NCBI GenBank assembly: GCA_030390025.1 | Contig: JASTWF010000338.1 | Span: forward strand, 434,001 to 498,000 | DNA: 64,000 bases | Direction of reading: 5' to 3' | Source: Squalus acanthias | Taxonomy: Eukaryota | Shown: piece by piece, positions 1 to 12,269 of the stretch | Layout of the letters: every line of letters starts with the position of its first letter | Position numbering within the stretch: position 1 is the stretch's first letter | Program-made: the position numbers and the translations under genes | The notes under the pieces: generated by a model | Told to the model about the DNA's origin: nothing | Seen by the model: only the letters and a program-made list of their open reading frames with translations | The model's database searches: none

Positions 1-1277
1 TGACTATCCTTGATTAATCCTTGCCTCTCCAAGTGGAGACTAATTCTGTCCCTCAGAACTTTTTCCAATAATTTCCCTACCACTGATGTTAGGCTCACTG
101 GCCTGTAATTCCCTGGTTTATCCCTACTACCCTTCTTGAACAATGGTACTACGTTAGCTGTCCTCCAGTCCTCTGGCACCTCCCCTGTGGCCAGAGAGGT
201 TCTGAAAATTTGTGTCAGAGCCCCTGTAATCTCCTCCCTTGCCTCACACAGCAGCCTGGGATACATCTCGTCTGGGCCTGGGGATTTATCCATTTTTAAG
301 CCCACTAAAACCGCTAGTACCTCCTCCCTCGCAATGCTAATTTGTTCAAGTATATCACAATCCCCCTGCCTGATTTATATGCCTACATCGTCCTTCTCCA
401 TAGTGATAGTGAACACAAATGCAAAATATTCATTTTAAACCTCATCTTCCGGCTCTACACACAGATTGCCACTTTGGTCCCTAATGGGCCCTACTCTTTC
501 CCTGGTTATCCTCTTGCCCTTAATATACTTATGAAACACCTTGGGATTTTCCTTTATTTTGCCCGCCAGTGTTTTTTCATACCCCCTCTTCGCTCTCCTG
601 ATTTCTTTTTTAAGTACCCCCCTGCACTTTCTATACTCCTCTCGTGCTTCCACTGTTTTTAGTCCTTTGTATCTGCCAAAAGCTTCCCTTTTTTCCCTCA
701 TCCACTCTTGTACACTTGTACATCCCTTGACATCCAGGGTTCCCTGGACTTGTTGGTCCCACCCTTGACCTTTACGGGAACATGTTGGCGCTGTACTCTC
801 TTTATTTCCTTTCTGAATGACTCCCACTGCTCTGATGTGGATTTTCCTACAAGTAGCTGATCCCAGTCCACTTTGGCCAGATCCTGCCTTATCATATTAA
901 AATCGGCCTTCCCCCAATTTAGAACCTTTATTTCTGGTCCATCTTTGTCCTTTTCCATGACTACCTTAAATCTCAACAAATTATGGTCACTGCCACCAAA
1001 ATGCTCCCCTACTGACACTTCTACCACTTGCCCGGCTACAATCCCTAGAATTAGGTCCAGTACCGCCCCCTCTCTTGTTGGACTTTCTACAGGCTGGCTC
1101 AAAAAGCTCTCCTGGATGCACTTTAAGAATTCCGCACCCTCTAAGCCTTTCACACTCTGACTATCCCAGTTAATATTGGGGAATTTGAAATCCCCTACTA
1201 TTATTACCCTATTATTTCTACACTTCTCTGAGATTTGCCTACATATCTTTTCCTCTATCTCCCCCTGACTGTTTGTA
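1..1277 (-). mobile_element. CR1-type LINE ORF2 fragment (endonuclease to start of RT), degenerate
   Basis: Minus-strand ORFs read EFLKCIQESFLSQ..PTREGAVLDLIL..GGSDHN (APE endonuclease) and KENPKVFHKYIKGKR; broken by frameshifts. Confidence 0.9.
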
Positions 1278-1412
1278 ACTAGCAGGAGAGATAAGGGGGA
1301 ACCAGTGGATGTGGTGTATTTGGATTTTCAGAAACAATCGATAAGATGCCACACAAGAGGTTATTAAACAAAAGTAGGGCTCATGGGATTGGGGGTAATA
1401 AACTAGCATGGT
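1278..1412 (+). mobile_element. short CR1 RT fragment
   Basis: GATAAGGGGGAACCAGTGGATGTGGTGTATTTGGATTTTCAG (DKGEPVDVVYLDFQ), as at 23870-23910. Confidence 0.8.
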
Positions 1413-1449
1413 CCCTGGAGTTTGAGAGAAATCAAGTTTGAAAATGATG

Positions 1450-1675
1450 CAGAGTTTCAGCCAATGAGGGAGCTCCGGGCTCAACCCCGCCCACTGGGAG
1501 CCGTAAGTCCCGCCCCTCACACACTCCGATTGGTTGGAGGACCCGCCGCCCGCTCGGTCCTCCATTCCCGCCCCACTCTTGCTATTGGTCCGGAGCTCCT
1601 GTCAATCACCTGGGCAGTGTGAGCTGAGCATGCGCGGATCTTGGCAGCAGACACTGACACATCAGGTGAGAGAGC
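1450..1675 (+). promoter_or_regulatory. CCAAT/GC-box promoter-like segment, paralogous to 12310-12670
   Basis: AGCCAATGAG, GATTGGTTGG, CTATTGG, CCCGCCC and GCATGCGC motifs; AAGTCCCGCCCCTC...GATTGGTTGG.GGACCCGCCGCC is shared with 12325-12371; possible donor CAG|GTGAGA at ~1665. Confidence 0.55.
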
Positions 1676-1686
1676 TCAGGGAAACT

Positions 1687-2128
1687 CTCAATATCGAGTT
1701 CAACAATTTTAGATCATAACCTCAGCTCCAATCACATTTATATTTTATTTTATCCACCCTTTTATTTGTCCCCCCCACCTTTTTTTTCCTCCTAGAAGCT
1801 GGCAGCTGTCCTTCATTCTGCCAGTAGATTTCACACTTCATTCAGCCTTAATCTGTCACATTAACACCACCTCTAGCCTTGCATATCTCTTAATGTCTCT
1901 TAATGTCTCTTCATCTCCTCCTTTGTTCCTTTATCCCCTCCCCCTTTTCCCAGCTTTACCCTGGCCTTAAATCTATTTGATTTCCAGCTCTTCCCAGTTC
2001 TGATGAAAGGTCATCGACCTGAAACGTCAACTCTCTTTCTCTCTCCACGGATGCTGCCTGGCCTGCTGAGTTTTTCCAGCGTTTTCTGTTGTTATTTCGG
2101 ATTTCCAGCATCTGCAGTATTTTGCTAT
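1687..2128 (+). mobile_element. Penelope-like element 3' tail/pLTR (family 1)
   Basis: Starts with LNIEFNNFRS* (C-terminus of the Penelope ORF), contains a hammerhead motif, ends ...GATTTCCAGCATCTGCAGTATTTTGCT; homologous to 46575-46903 and 47689-47998. Confidence 0.8.
1996..2032 (+). ncRNA. minimal type-I hammerhead ribozyme motif
   Basis: AGTT-CTGATGA-A-AGGTC atc GACCT-GAAAC-GTC-AACT: conserved core, 5-bp stem II, 4-bp stem I, palindromic ACGT in place of stem III, GUC cleavage triplet. Confidence 0.8.
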
Positions 2129-2309
2129 CGTCGAGAGAGCTCAGGGAGCGGGTTAATAAACCCCGGGGGGACGCGGGCTGCTCACACACCCTGAGTGCGG
2201 CCCCAGGCCCGGCCCGGAGAAAACACTCAACATTATCCGCCTCCCCTCAACAACCCGCCAGTTTAAGACACAAACTCCGGGACAACCAGGAAGTGCTGGG
2301 AAATCACCA

Positions 2310-2642
2310 GCGAGTCAGGGAGCGTCTGTAAATGGAGGAGAAATGGAAACTGGTCAGGGAGCGTCTGTAAATAGAGGAGAAATGGAGACTGGTCAGGGAG
2401 CGTCTGTAAATAGAGGAGAAATGGAGACTGGTCAGGGAGCGTCTGTAAATAGAGGAGAAATGGAGACTGGTCAGGGAGCGTCTGTAAATGGAGGAAAAGT
2501 GATGATTGGTCAGGGAGCGTCTGTAAATGGAGGAGGAATGGTGACTGGTCAGGGAGTGTCTGTAAATGAGGAGAAATGGAGATAGGTCAGGGAGCGTCTG
2601 TAAATGAGGAGAAATGGAGATAGGTTAGGGAGGGTCTGTAAA
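2310..2642 (+). repeat. ~39-bp minisatellite, ~9 copies
   Basis: Unit GGTCAGGGAGCGTCTGTAAATAGAGGAGAAATGGAGACT. Confidence 0.95.
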
Positions 2643-2774
2643 GAATCATACTTACCTATTTAACACACAGGCTAAAAGTCAACATAACGACAATGTAATG
2701 ACAATGCATTGTTATATTAGTTTCTTCAGCTGATCACCTCAAGTCGGTTTGGAAAAACACGGTTGCTATTATGA

Positions 2775-3650
2775 TTAGCCCCTCTTTGAAGAGAGACTGG
2801 ACAGGCTGGGGTGGTTTTCCTTCGAGCAGAGGAGGCTGAGGGGGGACCTGATTGAGGTGTACAAAATTATGAGGGGCTTGGATAGGGTAGATAGAAAGGA
2901 ACTTTTCCCCTTAGTAGAGGGGTCAATAACCAGGGGGCATAGTTTCAAGGTAAGGGGCAGGAGGTTTAGAGGGGATTTGAGGAAAAACTTTTTCACCCAG
3001 AGTGTGGTTGGAATCTGGAACTCACTGCCTGAAAGGGTGGTAGAGGCAGGAACCCTCACAACATTCAAGAAGCATTTAGATGAGCACTTGAAATGCCATA
3101 GCATACAAGGCTACGGACCATCTCATTGAAACATAAGATTCTGAGGGGGGATTGAGAGGTTTTTTCCCCCTGGTTGGAGAGTCGAGACGTTAGTGCTGTT
3201 GGGGAGGGTTTAAATTAATTTGGCAGGGGGATGGGCACCAGGATGTAGCATTAGAAAGGAGAAACAAAGGATTGGGAGAGACAGAGAGCATTATAGTAAG
3301 ACAGAGTAAGGTAATAGATGGGATCAGACTAAGAGAGAATACAAGAAGGTCTAAGATAGGTTTACAGAGCATGTGTGTAAACGCACGAAGCGTGGTAAAT
3401 AAGGTCGGTGAGCTGCAGGCGCAGATAGCCACATGGAAATATGGTGTCGTGGCAATAACGGAGACCTGGCTCAAAAAAGGGCAGGATTGGGTCCGAAATA
3501 TTCCTGGATATAACGGGCACTTGGAGAGGTTTAAGCTAATTAAGGAGAGCCAACAGGGATTAGTAAAAGGCAGATCGTGTTTGACTAATCTAATTGAACT
3601 TTTTGATGAAGTTGCAGGGAGGATTGAGGAAGGGAATGCAATAAGAACAT
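2775..3650 (+). mobile_element. mosaic of CR1 fragments (3' end, ORF1/ORF2 junction, RT)
   Basis: YKIMRGLDRVD..RKNFFTQ..WNSLP and NARSVVNKVGEL..ITETWL..SQQGLVKGRSCLTNL; 3121-3650 is an inverted paralog of ~51915-52430. Confidence 0.85.
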
Positions 3651-4328
3651 TACAACATAACAAATAGGAGCAGGAGTAGGCCAATCGGCCCCTCGAGCCT
3701 GCTCCGCCATTCAATAAGATCATGGCTGATCTGATCCTCACCTCAAATCTAAAGAACACAAGAAGTAGGAGCAGGACCCGGCCACTCAGCCCCTGGGCCC
3801 GCTCCGCCACCCACAGGGCCTCGACCGATATGAACTCAGCCTCATGTCCAATTTCCTGCCCGCTCCCCGTAACCCCTAATTCCCTTTACTTCTAGGAAAC
3901 TGTCTATTTCTGTTATAAATTTATTTAATGATGTAGCTTCCACAGCTTCCTGGGGCAGCAAATTCCACAGACCTACTACCCTCTGAGTGAAGAAGTTTCT
4001 CCTCATCTCAGTTTTGAAAGAGCAGTCCCTTATTCTAAGATTATGCCCCCTAGTTCTAGTTTCACCCATCCTTGGGAACATCCTTACCGCATCCACCCGA
4101 TCAAGCCCCTTCACAATCTTATATGTTTCAATAAGATCGCCTCTCACTCTTCTGAACTCCAATGAGTAGAGTCCCAATCTACTCAACCTCTCCTCATATG
4201 TCCACCCCCTCATCCCGGGATTAACCGAGTGAACCTTCTATGTACTGCCTCGAGAGCAAGTATGTCTTTTCTTAAGTATGGACACCAAAACTGTATGCAG
4301 TATTCCAGGTGCGGTCTCACCAATACCT
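3650..4328 (-). mobile_element. 5'-truncated young CR1 with doubled 3' tail, nested in an older CR1
   Basis: [29 protein letters not shown]; near-identical to 28622-29497 and 32762-33430; absent from the paralog at ~51905. Confidence 0.9.
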
Positions 4329-6900
4329 TGTTGTCTACATGGATTTTAGGAAGGCGTTTGACAAAGTCCCACATAGAAGGCTGGTTAACAAAATGGAGGC
4401 TCATGGAACAGGTGGGTCAGTGGCAGCTTGGCTAAAGAATTGGCTTAAGGACAGAAAACAGCGAGTTGTGGTAAATGGCTGTTTTTCAGACTGGAGGATG
4501 GTGGACAGTGGTGTTCTCCAAGGTTCAGTGCTGGGGCCACTGCTTTTTTTGATATGTATAAATGACCTGGATATTGGAATACAAAGTAGAATTTCTAAAT
4601 TTGCCGATGACACCAAACTCGGGGGTGTGGCAATGTGAGGATGATACCAATCGACTGCAACAGGACATAGAAAGACTAGCAGAATGGGCAGACAAGTGGC
4701 AGATGGAATAGAGAGAAGTGTGAGGTGATGCATTTTGGCAGAAGGAACAGGGAGAGGCAATATACACTTAATGGCACAGTTTTAAAGAGTGTGCAGGGAC
4801 AGAGGGCTGCCTTTAAAGAGATGGTTCGGGTACAGTCAAGGTACATTCACACGAGGGGAAAAGGTAGGACAACCAAAGCCAGAGCTCCTTGGATGATGAA
4901 AGAGATAGGGAGTAAGATGAAGCAGAAAAAGGGGGAGTATGACAGATGTCAGGTTGAGAATACAAGTGAGAACCAGGCTGAATATAGAACGTTCAGAGGG
5001 GAAGCAATAAAGGAAATAAGAGGGGCAAAGATAGAGTATGAGAATGGACTGGCAGCTAACATAAAAGGCAATCCTAAAGTCTTCTATAGCGTAGAAATAA
5101 TAAACGGGTAGTAAGAGGAGGGGTGGGGCCGATTAGGGACCAAAAGGAGGCCTATGCATGGAGGCAGATGACATGGCTGAGGTACTAAATGAGTACATTG
5201 CATCTGTCTTTACCAAGGAAGAAGATGCTGCCAAAGTCACAGTGAAAGAGGAGGTAGTTGAGATACTGGATGGGAGAAAAATTGATAAAGAGGAGGTAAC
5301 TAGAAAGGCTGGCTGTACTTAAAGTAGATAAGTCACCAGGACCGGATGGGATGCATCCCAGGATGCTGAAGAAGGTAAGGGTGAAAATTGCAGAGGTACT
5401 GGCCATAATCTTCCAATCCTCCTTGGATACAGGGGGTGGTGCCAGAGGACTGGAGAATTGCAAATGTTACATCCTTGTTCAAAAAAGGGTGTAAGGATAA
5501 ACCCAGCAACTATAGGCCAGTCAGTTTAACCTCGATGGTGGGGAATCTTTTAGAAACGATAATCCAGATCAAAATTAACAGGCACTTGGACAAGTGTGGA
5601 TTAATTAAGGAAAGCCCGCACGGATTTGTCAAAGGCAAATCGTGTTTAACTAACTTGATTGAGTTGTTTGATGAGGTAACAGAAACAGTCGATGAGGGTA
5701 ATGTGGTTGATGTGGTGTACATGGACTTCCAAAAGGTGTTTGATAAAGTGCCACATAATAGGCTAGCCAGCAAAGTTGAAGCCCATGGAATAAAATGAAC
5801 AGTGGCAGCATGGATATGAAATTGGCTAAGTGACAGGAAACAGAGAGTAGTGGTGAATGGTTGTTTTTCAGACTGGAGGAAGGTATACAGTGGTGTTCTC
5901 CAGGGGTCGGTTCTAGGACCACTGCTTTTCTTGATATATATTAATGACTTGGACATGGGTGTACAGGGCACAATTTCAAAATTTGCAGATGACACAAAAC
6001 TTGGAAGTACAGTGAACAATGAGGAGGAGAGTGACAGACTTCAAGAGGACAGAGACAGGCTGGTGAAATGGGCGGACACGTGGCAGATTAAATTTAACAC
6101 AGAAAAATGCGAAGTGATACATTTTGGTAGGAAGAACAAGGAGAGGCAATATAAACTAAAGGGTAGAATCCTAAAGGGGGTGCATGAACAGAGAGACCTG
6201 GGGGTTTATGAGCACAAATCGTTGACGATGGCAGGGCAGGTTGAGAAAGCGGTTAAAAAAGCTGACGGGATCCTGGGCTTTATAAGTAGAGGCATAGAGT
6301 ACAAAAGCAAGGAAGTTATGATGAACCTTTATAAAACACTGGTTCGGCCACAACTGCAATATTGTGTCCAATTCTGGGCACCGCACTTTAGGAAGGATGT
6401 GAAGGTTTAGAGAGGGTGCGGAAAAGATTTACAAGAATGGTTCCAGGGATGAGGGGCTTCAGTTACGTGGATAGACTGGAGAAGCTGGGGTTGTTCTCCT
6501 TAGAGCAGAGAAGGTTAGAGTAGATTTGATAGAGGTGTTCAAAATCATGAGGGGTCTGGACAGAGTAGATAGAGAGAAACTGTTCCCATTGGCGGAAGGG
6601 TCGAAAACCAGAGGACACAGATTTAAGGTGATTGGCAGAAGAATCAAAGGTGACATGGGGAAAAACTTTTTACGCAGTGAGTGGTTAGGATCGGGAATGC
6701 ACTGCCTGAAAGGGTGGTGGAGGCAGATTCAATCGTGGCTTTCAAAAGGGAATTGGATGAGTACCTGAAGGACAAAAATTTGCAGTGCTACGAGGGAAGG
6801 GTGGGGGAGTGGGACTAGCTGAAGTGCTCTTGCAGAGAGCCGGCACCGTCTCAACGGGCCGAATGGCCACATTCTGTGCTGTAACCATTCTATGATTCTC
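4329..6900 (+). mobile_element. CR1 ORF2 (RT) mosaic with 3' tail
   Basis: [43 protein letters not shown]; ends in ATTCTATGATTCT at ~6887-6899. Confidence 0.92.
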
Positions 6901-6927
6901 CGAATACGTTAAACCTTCATAGAATAA

Positions 6928-7233
6928 TTACCAGTCATTTTTAGACTGTAAACTTAACCCTGCCATTTCACTTTCAGTCAGGAACAGATCGCAGTTTGAC
7001 ACCTGGTGTCTCAGCAGGGTGGATGACCGAGTGAATCCCTTCCCACACACGGAGCAGGTGAACGGTCTCTCCCCAGTGTGAACTCGCTGGTGTGTCAGCA
7101 GGGTGGATGACTGAGTGAATCCCTTCCCACACACGGAGCAGGTGAACGGTCTCTCCCCAGTGTGAACTCGCTGGTGTGTCAGCAGGGTGGATGACTGAGT
7201 GAATCCCTTCCCACACTCAGAGCAGGTGAACGG
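6928..7233 (-). pseudogene. three further in-frame fingers plus tail downstream of the premature stop
   Basis: Near-identical 84-bp finger units ending [29 protein letters not shown]. Confidence 0.8.
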
Positions 7234-7689
7234 TCACTCCCCAGTGTGAACTCGATGGTGTGTCAGCAGGGTGGACGACTGAGTGAATCCCTTCCCACAC
7301 ACGGAGCAGGTGAACGGCCTCTCCCCAGTGTGAACTCGCTGGTGTGACAGCAGGTGTGATGACCGAGTGAATCCCTTCCCACACTTGGAGCAGGTGAACG
7401 GCCTCTCCCCAGAATGAACTCGCTGGTGTGTCAGCAGGCTGGATGACCGAGTGAATCTCTTTCCACACTCAGAGCAGGTGAACGGTCTCTCCCCAGTGTG
7501 AATTTGCTGGTGTGTCAGCAGGTTGGATGACTGAGTGAATCCCTTCCCACACTCAGAGCAGGTGAACGGCCTCTTCCCGGTGTGACTGCGCTGGTGACTC
7601 AACAGGTCAGAGGATCGGCTGAAGCCTCGTCCACACACAGAACACGTGTACGGTTTCTCCCTGCTCTGAACGGTGCTTTCTGCTTCCAT
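7234..7689 (-). CDS. tandem C2H2 zinc-finger protein, A-type copy 1 (151 aa, 5 fingers; premature stop)
   Basis: ATG 7689 ([19 protein letters not shown]); acceptor TTTTACAG| at 7784; TGERP linkers; in-frame TGA at 7236-7234, after which fingers continue in frame to 6928. Confidence 0.75.
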   Translation of the reverse strand: MEAESTVQSREKPYTCSVCGRGFSRSSDLLSHQRSHTGKRPFTCSECGKGFTQSSNLLTHQQIHTGERPFTCSECGKRFTRSSSLLTHQRVHSGERPFTCSKCGKGFTRSSHLLSHQRVHTGERPFTCSVCGKGFTQSSTLLTHHRVHTGE

Positions 7690-8089
7690 GCTCAAAGGTC
7701 CTGATGAATTGAGCGACTCTGTCAGATCTTGAAGTGATGTTTGGTTTGAGTTTCCCGTCTGCAAATCCTCCCCTTCTAACACCCTGTAAAATGAATTTAA
7801 AACAGGAAAAAGGGAGGGTGAGAGAGAACCCACAAAAACACAAAGGCAGGTTGTGAAATTGAGCTGAATGAATCTGGGAATTTGTGGGGCCGGCACTAGA
7901 AAAAAGTGACCATGAAAGCTGCCGGATTGTCGTAAAAACCCAACTGGTTCACTAATGCCCTTCAGGGAAGGAACCCGCCACCCGGTCTGGGCCTACACAA
8001 GACTCTGGCCTCTATGGGAGGAGAGAGAGCGAGGTGGGAGGGGGAGGGGTGAAGGAGATACTTTATACATCTGTAACTCGACTAGAACT

Positions 8090-8395
8090 TTGACAGCACC
8101 TCCCAAACACGCGAGCTCCACCACCTAGAAGGACAAGGGCAGCAGGTGCATGGGAACACCATCACCTCCCAGTTCCCCTCCAAGTCACGCACTATCCTGA
8201 CTTGGGCATATATCGCCGTTCCTACATCGTCGCTGGGTGAAAATCCTGGAACTCCTCACCTAACAGCATTCTGAGAGTACCTTCACCACACGGACTGCAG
8301 AGGTTCAAGAAGAAGGCCCAGCATCACCTTCTCAACGGGCAACTGGGGACTGGCAATATATGCTGGTCTTGCTAGCGACACCCACATCCAAAGAA
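8090..8395 (+). mobile_element. 3' fragment of a second CR1-group LINE (Crack/Zenon-like) in the ZNF intron
   Basis: Aligns to 21005-21300; paralogous copies at ~26900-27030, 36750-37050 and 49270-49400 (inverted). Confidence 0.75.
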
Positions 8396-8440
8396 TGTTT
8401 TTTTTCAAAACTGTGTACGTAAAATGGATGAAAAGCCTCT

Positions 8441-8610
8441 GCAGACTCACCAGCAGCAGCAGCAGCGGCCCTGGGTGGAGACTGAGCGAGGACACCGAGG
8501 ATTTAAGCAGAGGGAGAGAGAGCGAGGCCCAGACTCACCAGCAGCGGCCCTGGGTGGAGACTGAGCGAGGACACCGAGGATTTAAGCAGAGGGAGAGAGA
8601 GCAAGGCCCA
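8441..8610 (-). promoter_or_regulatory. tandemly duplicated ~80-90 bp candidate 5' UTR exon with splice donors
   Basis: Two copies of CAGACTCACCAGCAGC(...)GGCCCTGGGTGGAGACTGAGCGAGG...; the reverse complement gives CTG|GTGAGT donors at ~8448 and ~8537, upstream of the 7784 acceptor. Confidence 0.55.
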
Positions 8611-8611
8611 G

Positions 8612-9963
8612 AAAATTAATAAGTGAGTTTGGAAGGCAGAGGAAACAAGGGCTAGGAAATAGACAACAAGGCAGTTTGGCAATGCTAAATGGTGTATACT
8701 GTAATGCAAGGAGTCTAGGAAATAAGGGAGATGAGCTGAGCGCACAGATAGACACGTGGGAGTCTGATATTATCACCATTACTGAGACATGGCTGCAAGA
8801 AGGGCAGGACTGGCAGCTCAACATTCCTGGTTACAGGGTTTTCAGACGAGATAGAGAGGGGGGTAAATAAAGGAGGGGGGGTCGCAGTATTGATTAAAGA
8901 GACAATTCCAGCTGTGAGGAGGGAGGATATGTTCGAAGGATCATCAAATGAGGCCATATGGGTTGAACTAAAGAACTAAAAAGGGGCACTCACACTGCTG
9001 GGAGTGTACGCTAGACCCCCAAACAGTCCCAGGGAGATCGAAGAGCAAATTTGTAGGCAAATTTCTGACAAGTGCAAAAACAATAGGGCAGTAATAGAGG
9101 GGGATTTCAATGACCCCAATATTAACTGGGATACTCCCAGTGGAAAAGGGATAGAGGGCACAGAATTCCGAAATTGCATTCTGGAGAACTTCTTTAGCCA
9201 ATACACAGCAATCCCAACAACAGCGGGGGCAGTTGTGGATTTGGTTTTGGGGAATGAAGCTGGGCAGGTGGAAGGAGTATCAGTGGGGGAGCATATTGGG
9301 GGCAGTGATCATAATTCAGTTCGTTTTGGCATAATTATGCATAAGGACAAAGAAAAAACAGGAGTAAGGGTTCTAAATTGGGGGAAGGCCAATTTTACGA
9401 GGTTGAGAAGTGATTTAGCAGAAGTGGACTGGAAACAGTTACTTGAAGGTAAATCAGTGTCAGAGCAGTGGGAGGCATTCAAGAGGGAGATACATGGAGT
9501 TCAGGGTAAACATGTTCCCACAAAGAAAAAGGGTAGAACTGCTAAACTTAGAGCCCCCTGGATGACAAGCTGCTTACAGGGTAAGATAAGGCAAAAAAGG
9601 GAAGCCTCGATCAGATAGCGTGAGCTCAATACTGCAGAAAGCCGAGAAGAGGATAGAAAGTGTAAGGGTGAAATTGAGAAGGAAATTAGGAAAGCAAAAA
9701 GAGGGCATGAAAAAAATACTGGCAAATAGAGTCAAAGAAAACCCAAAGATCTTATGGATTTTAACAGGGCTTTTGACAAAGTGCCACATGGCAGGCTGAT
9801 CAAAAAAGTAAAAGCCCATGTGATCCAAGGGAGAGTGGCAAAAACCTACAAGGCTACGGACCAAGAGCTGGAAGGTGGGATTAGGGTGGATAGCTCTTTG
9901 TCGGCCGGCACGGACAAGATGGGCTGAATGGCCTCCTTCGCTGTCGTAATTTTTCTATGATTC
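8612..9963 (+). mobile_element. CR1 endonuclease region joined by deletion to a 3' tail
   Basis: YCNARSLGNK..ITETWL..GDFNDPNINW..GGSDHN; tail ending TTTTCTATGATT. Confidence 0.9.
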
Positions 9964-9967
9964 AAAT

Positions 9968-10005
9968 ACTCCCAGGGCAAATTACAGCACAGGTTAGATA
10001 CAGAC
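9968..10005 (-). repeat. isolated partial monomer of the 67-bp satellite
   Basis: ACTCCCAGGGCAAATTACAGCACAGGTTAGATACAGA resembles the reverse complement of TCTGTATCTAACCCGTGCTGTACCTGCCCTGGGAGT. Confidence 0.75.
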
Positions 10006-10011
10006 TGTCAG

Positions 10012-10130
10012 ACATGGCTCAAGCGGTAGTACTCTCGCCTCTGAGTCAGAAAGTTGTGGGTGGAAGTCCCACTCCAGAGACTTCAGCACAAAACTCGAGG
10101 CTGCCACTCCAGTGCAGTGCTGAGGGAGTG
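10012..10130 (+). mobile_element. 5' part of a tRNA-derived SINE (DeuSINE/SacSINE1-like)
   Basis: A-box-like TGGCTCAAGCGGTAG, decayed B box GGTGGAAGTCCC, then GAGACTTCAGCAC...CTCCAGTGCAGTGCTGAGGGAGTG; family assignment is from recollection. Confidence 0.65.
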
Positions 10131-10176
10131 ACAGCCCAGCGCGGAGTACAGCCCAGCGCGGAGTACAGCCCAGCGC

Positions 10177-12249
10177 GGAGTGAAGCCCAGTGCAGAGTCC
10201 AGTTCCCTCTGCTCTGCTCCATGCCAGAGTGAAGCCCAGTGCAGAGTCCAGTTCCCTCTGCTCTGCTCCAACATGCCAGAGTGAAGCCCAGTGCAGAGTC
10301 CAGTTCCCTCTGCTCTGCTCCAACATGCCAGAGTGAAGCCCAGTGCAGAGTCCAGTTCCCTCTGCTCTGCTCCATGCCAGAGTGAAGCCCAGTGCAGAGT
10401 CCAGTTCCCTCTGCTCTGCTCCATGCCAGAGTGAAGCCCAGTGCAGAGTCCAGTTCCCTCTGCTCCAACATGCCAGAGTGAAGCCCAGTGCAGAGTCCAG
10501 TTCCCTCTGCTCTGCTCCAACATGCCAGAGTGAAGCCCAGTGCAGAGTCCAGTTCCCTCTGCTCTGCTCCTTGCCAGAGTGACACCCAGTGCAGAGTCCA
10601 GTTCCCTCTGCTCCAACATGCCAGAGTGAAGCCCAGTGCAGAGTCCAGTTCCCTCCGCTCTGCTCCAACATGCCAGAGTGAAGCCCAGTGCAGAGTCCAG
10701 TTCCCTCTGCTCTGCTCCAACATGCCAGAGTGAAGCCCAGTGCAGAGTCCAGTTCCCTCTGCTCTGCTCAACATGCCAGAGTGAAGCCCAGTGCAGAGTC
10801 CAGTTCCCTCTGCTCTGCTCCAACATGCCAGAGTGAAGCCCAGTGCAGAGTCCAGTTCCCTCTGCTCTGCTCCATGCCAGAGTGAAGCCCAGTGCAGAGT
10901 CCAGTTCCCTCTGCTCCATGCCAGAGTGAAGCCCAGTGCAGAGTCCAGTTCCCTCTGCTCCATGCCAGAGTGAAGCCCAGTGCAGAGCCCAGTTCCCTCT
11001 GCTCCATGCCAGAGTGAAGCCCAGTGCAGAGTCCAGTTCCCTCTGCTCTGCTCCATGCCAGAGTGAAGCCCAGTGCAGAGTCCAGTTCCCTCTGCTCTGC
11101 TCCAACATGCCAGAGTGAAGCCCAGTGCAGAGTCCAGTTCCCTCTGCTCTGCTCCAACATGCCAGAGTGAAGCCCAGTGCAGAGTCCAGTTCCCTCTGCT
11201 CCAACATGCCAGAGTGAAGCCCAGTGCAGAGTCCAGTTCCCTCTGCTCCAACATGCCAGAGTGAAGCCCAGTACAGAGTCCAGTTCCCTCTGCTCTGCTC
11301 CATGCCAGAGTGAAGCCCAGTGCAGAGTCCAGTTCCATCTGCTCTGCTCCATGCCAGAGTGAAGCCCAGTACAGAGTCCAGTTCCCTCTGCTCTGCTCCA
11401 ACATGCCAGAGTGAAGCCCAGTGCAGAGTCCAGTTCCCTCTGCTCCATGCCAGAGTGAAGCCCAGTGCAGAGTCCAGTTCCCTCTGCTCTGCTCCAACAT
11501 GCCAGAGTGAAGCCCAGTGCAGAGTCCAGTTCCGTCTGCTCTGCTCCATGCCAGAGTGAAGCCCAGTACAGAGTCCAATTCCCTCTGCTCTGCTCCAACA
11601 TGCCAGAGTGAAGCCCAGTGCAGAGTCCAGTTCCGTCTGCTCTGCTCCATGCCAGAGTGAAGCCCAGTACAGAGTCCAGTTCCCTCTGCTCTGCTCCATG
11701 CCAGAGTGAAGCCCAGTACAGAGTCCAGTTCCCTCTGCTCTGCTCCAACATGCCAGAGTGAAGCCCAGTACAGAGTCCAGTTCCCTCTGCTCTGCTCCAT
11801 GCCAGAGTGAAGCCCAGTGCAGAGTCCAGTTCCGTCTGCTCTGCTCCATGCCAGAGTGAAGCCCAGTACAGAGTCCAGTTCCCTCTGCTCTGCTCCAACA
11901 TGCCAGAGTGAAGACCAGTACAGAGTCCAGTTCCCTCTGCTCTGCTCCAACATGCCAGAGTGAAGCCCAGTGCAGAGTCCAGTTCCCTCTGCTCTGCTCC
12001 ATGCCAGAGTGAAGCCCAGTACAGAGTCCAGTTCCCTCTGCTCTGCTCCATGCCAGAGTGAAGCCCAGTGCACAGTCCAGTTCCCTCTGCTCTGCTCCAT
12101 GCCAGAGTGAAGCCCAGTGCAGAGTCCAGTTCCCTCTGCTCTGCTCCATGCCAGAGTGAAGCCCAGTGCAGAGTCCAGTTCCCTCTGCTCTGCTCCATGC
12201 CAGAGTGAAGCCCAGTGCAGAGTCCAGTTCCCTCTGCTCTGCTCCAACC
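10177..12249 (+). repeat. 49-bp minisatellite (44/47/49/52-bp variants), ~42 copies
   Basis: Unit GAGTGAAGCCCAGTGCAGAGTCCAGTTCCCTCTG(CTCTG)CTCC(AAC)ATGCCA. Confidence 0.97.
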
Positions 12250-12269
12250 TGCCTGAGCCTAAATTCAGA

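Noticed and set aside
7234..7236. Selenocysteine or programmed read-through at in-frame TGA
   Set aside because: It replaces a linker Arg by one substitution, other copies have TAG or no stop, and no SECIS is evident
7700..7720. Additional CTGATGA hammerhead cores (also ~13295, 26510 and 36360)
   Set aside because: No stem II followed by GAAA and no stem I pairing
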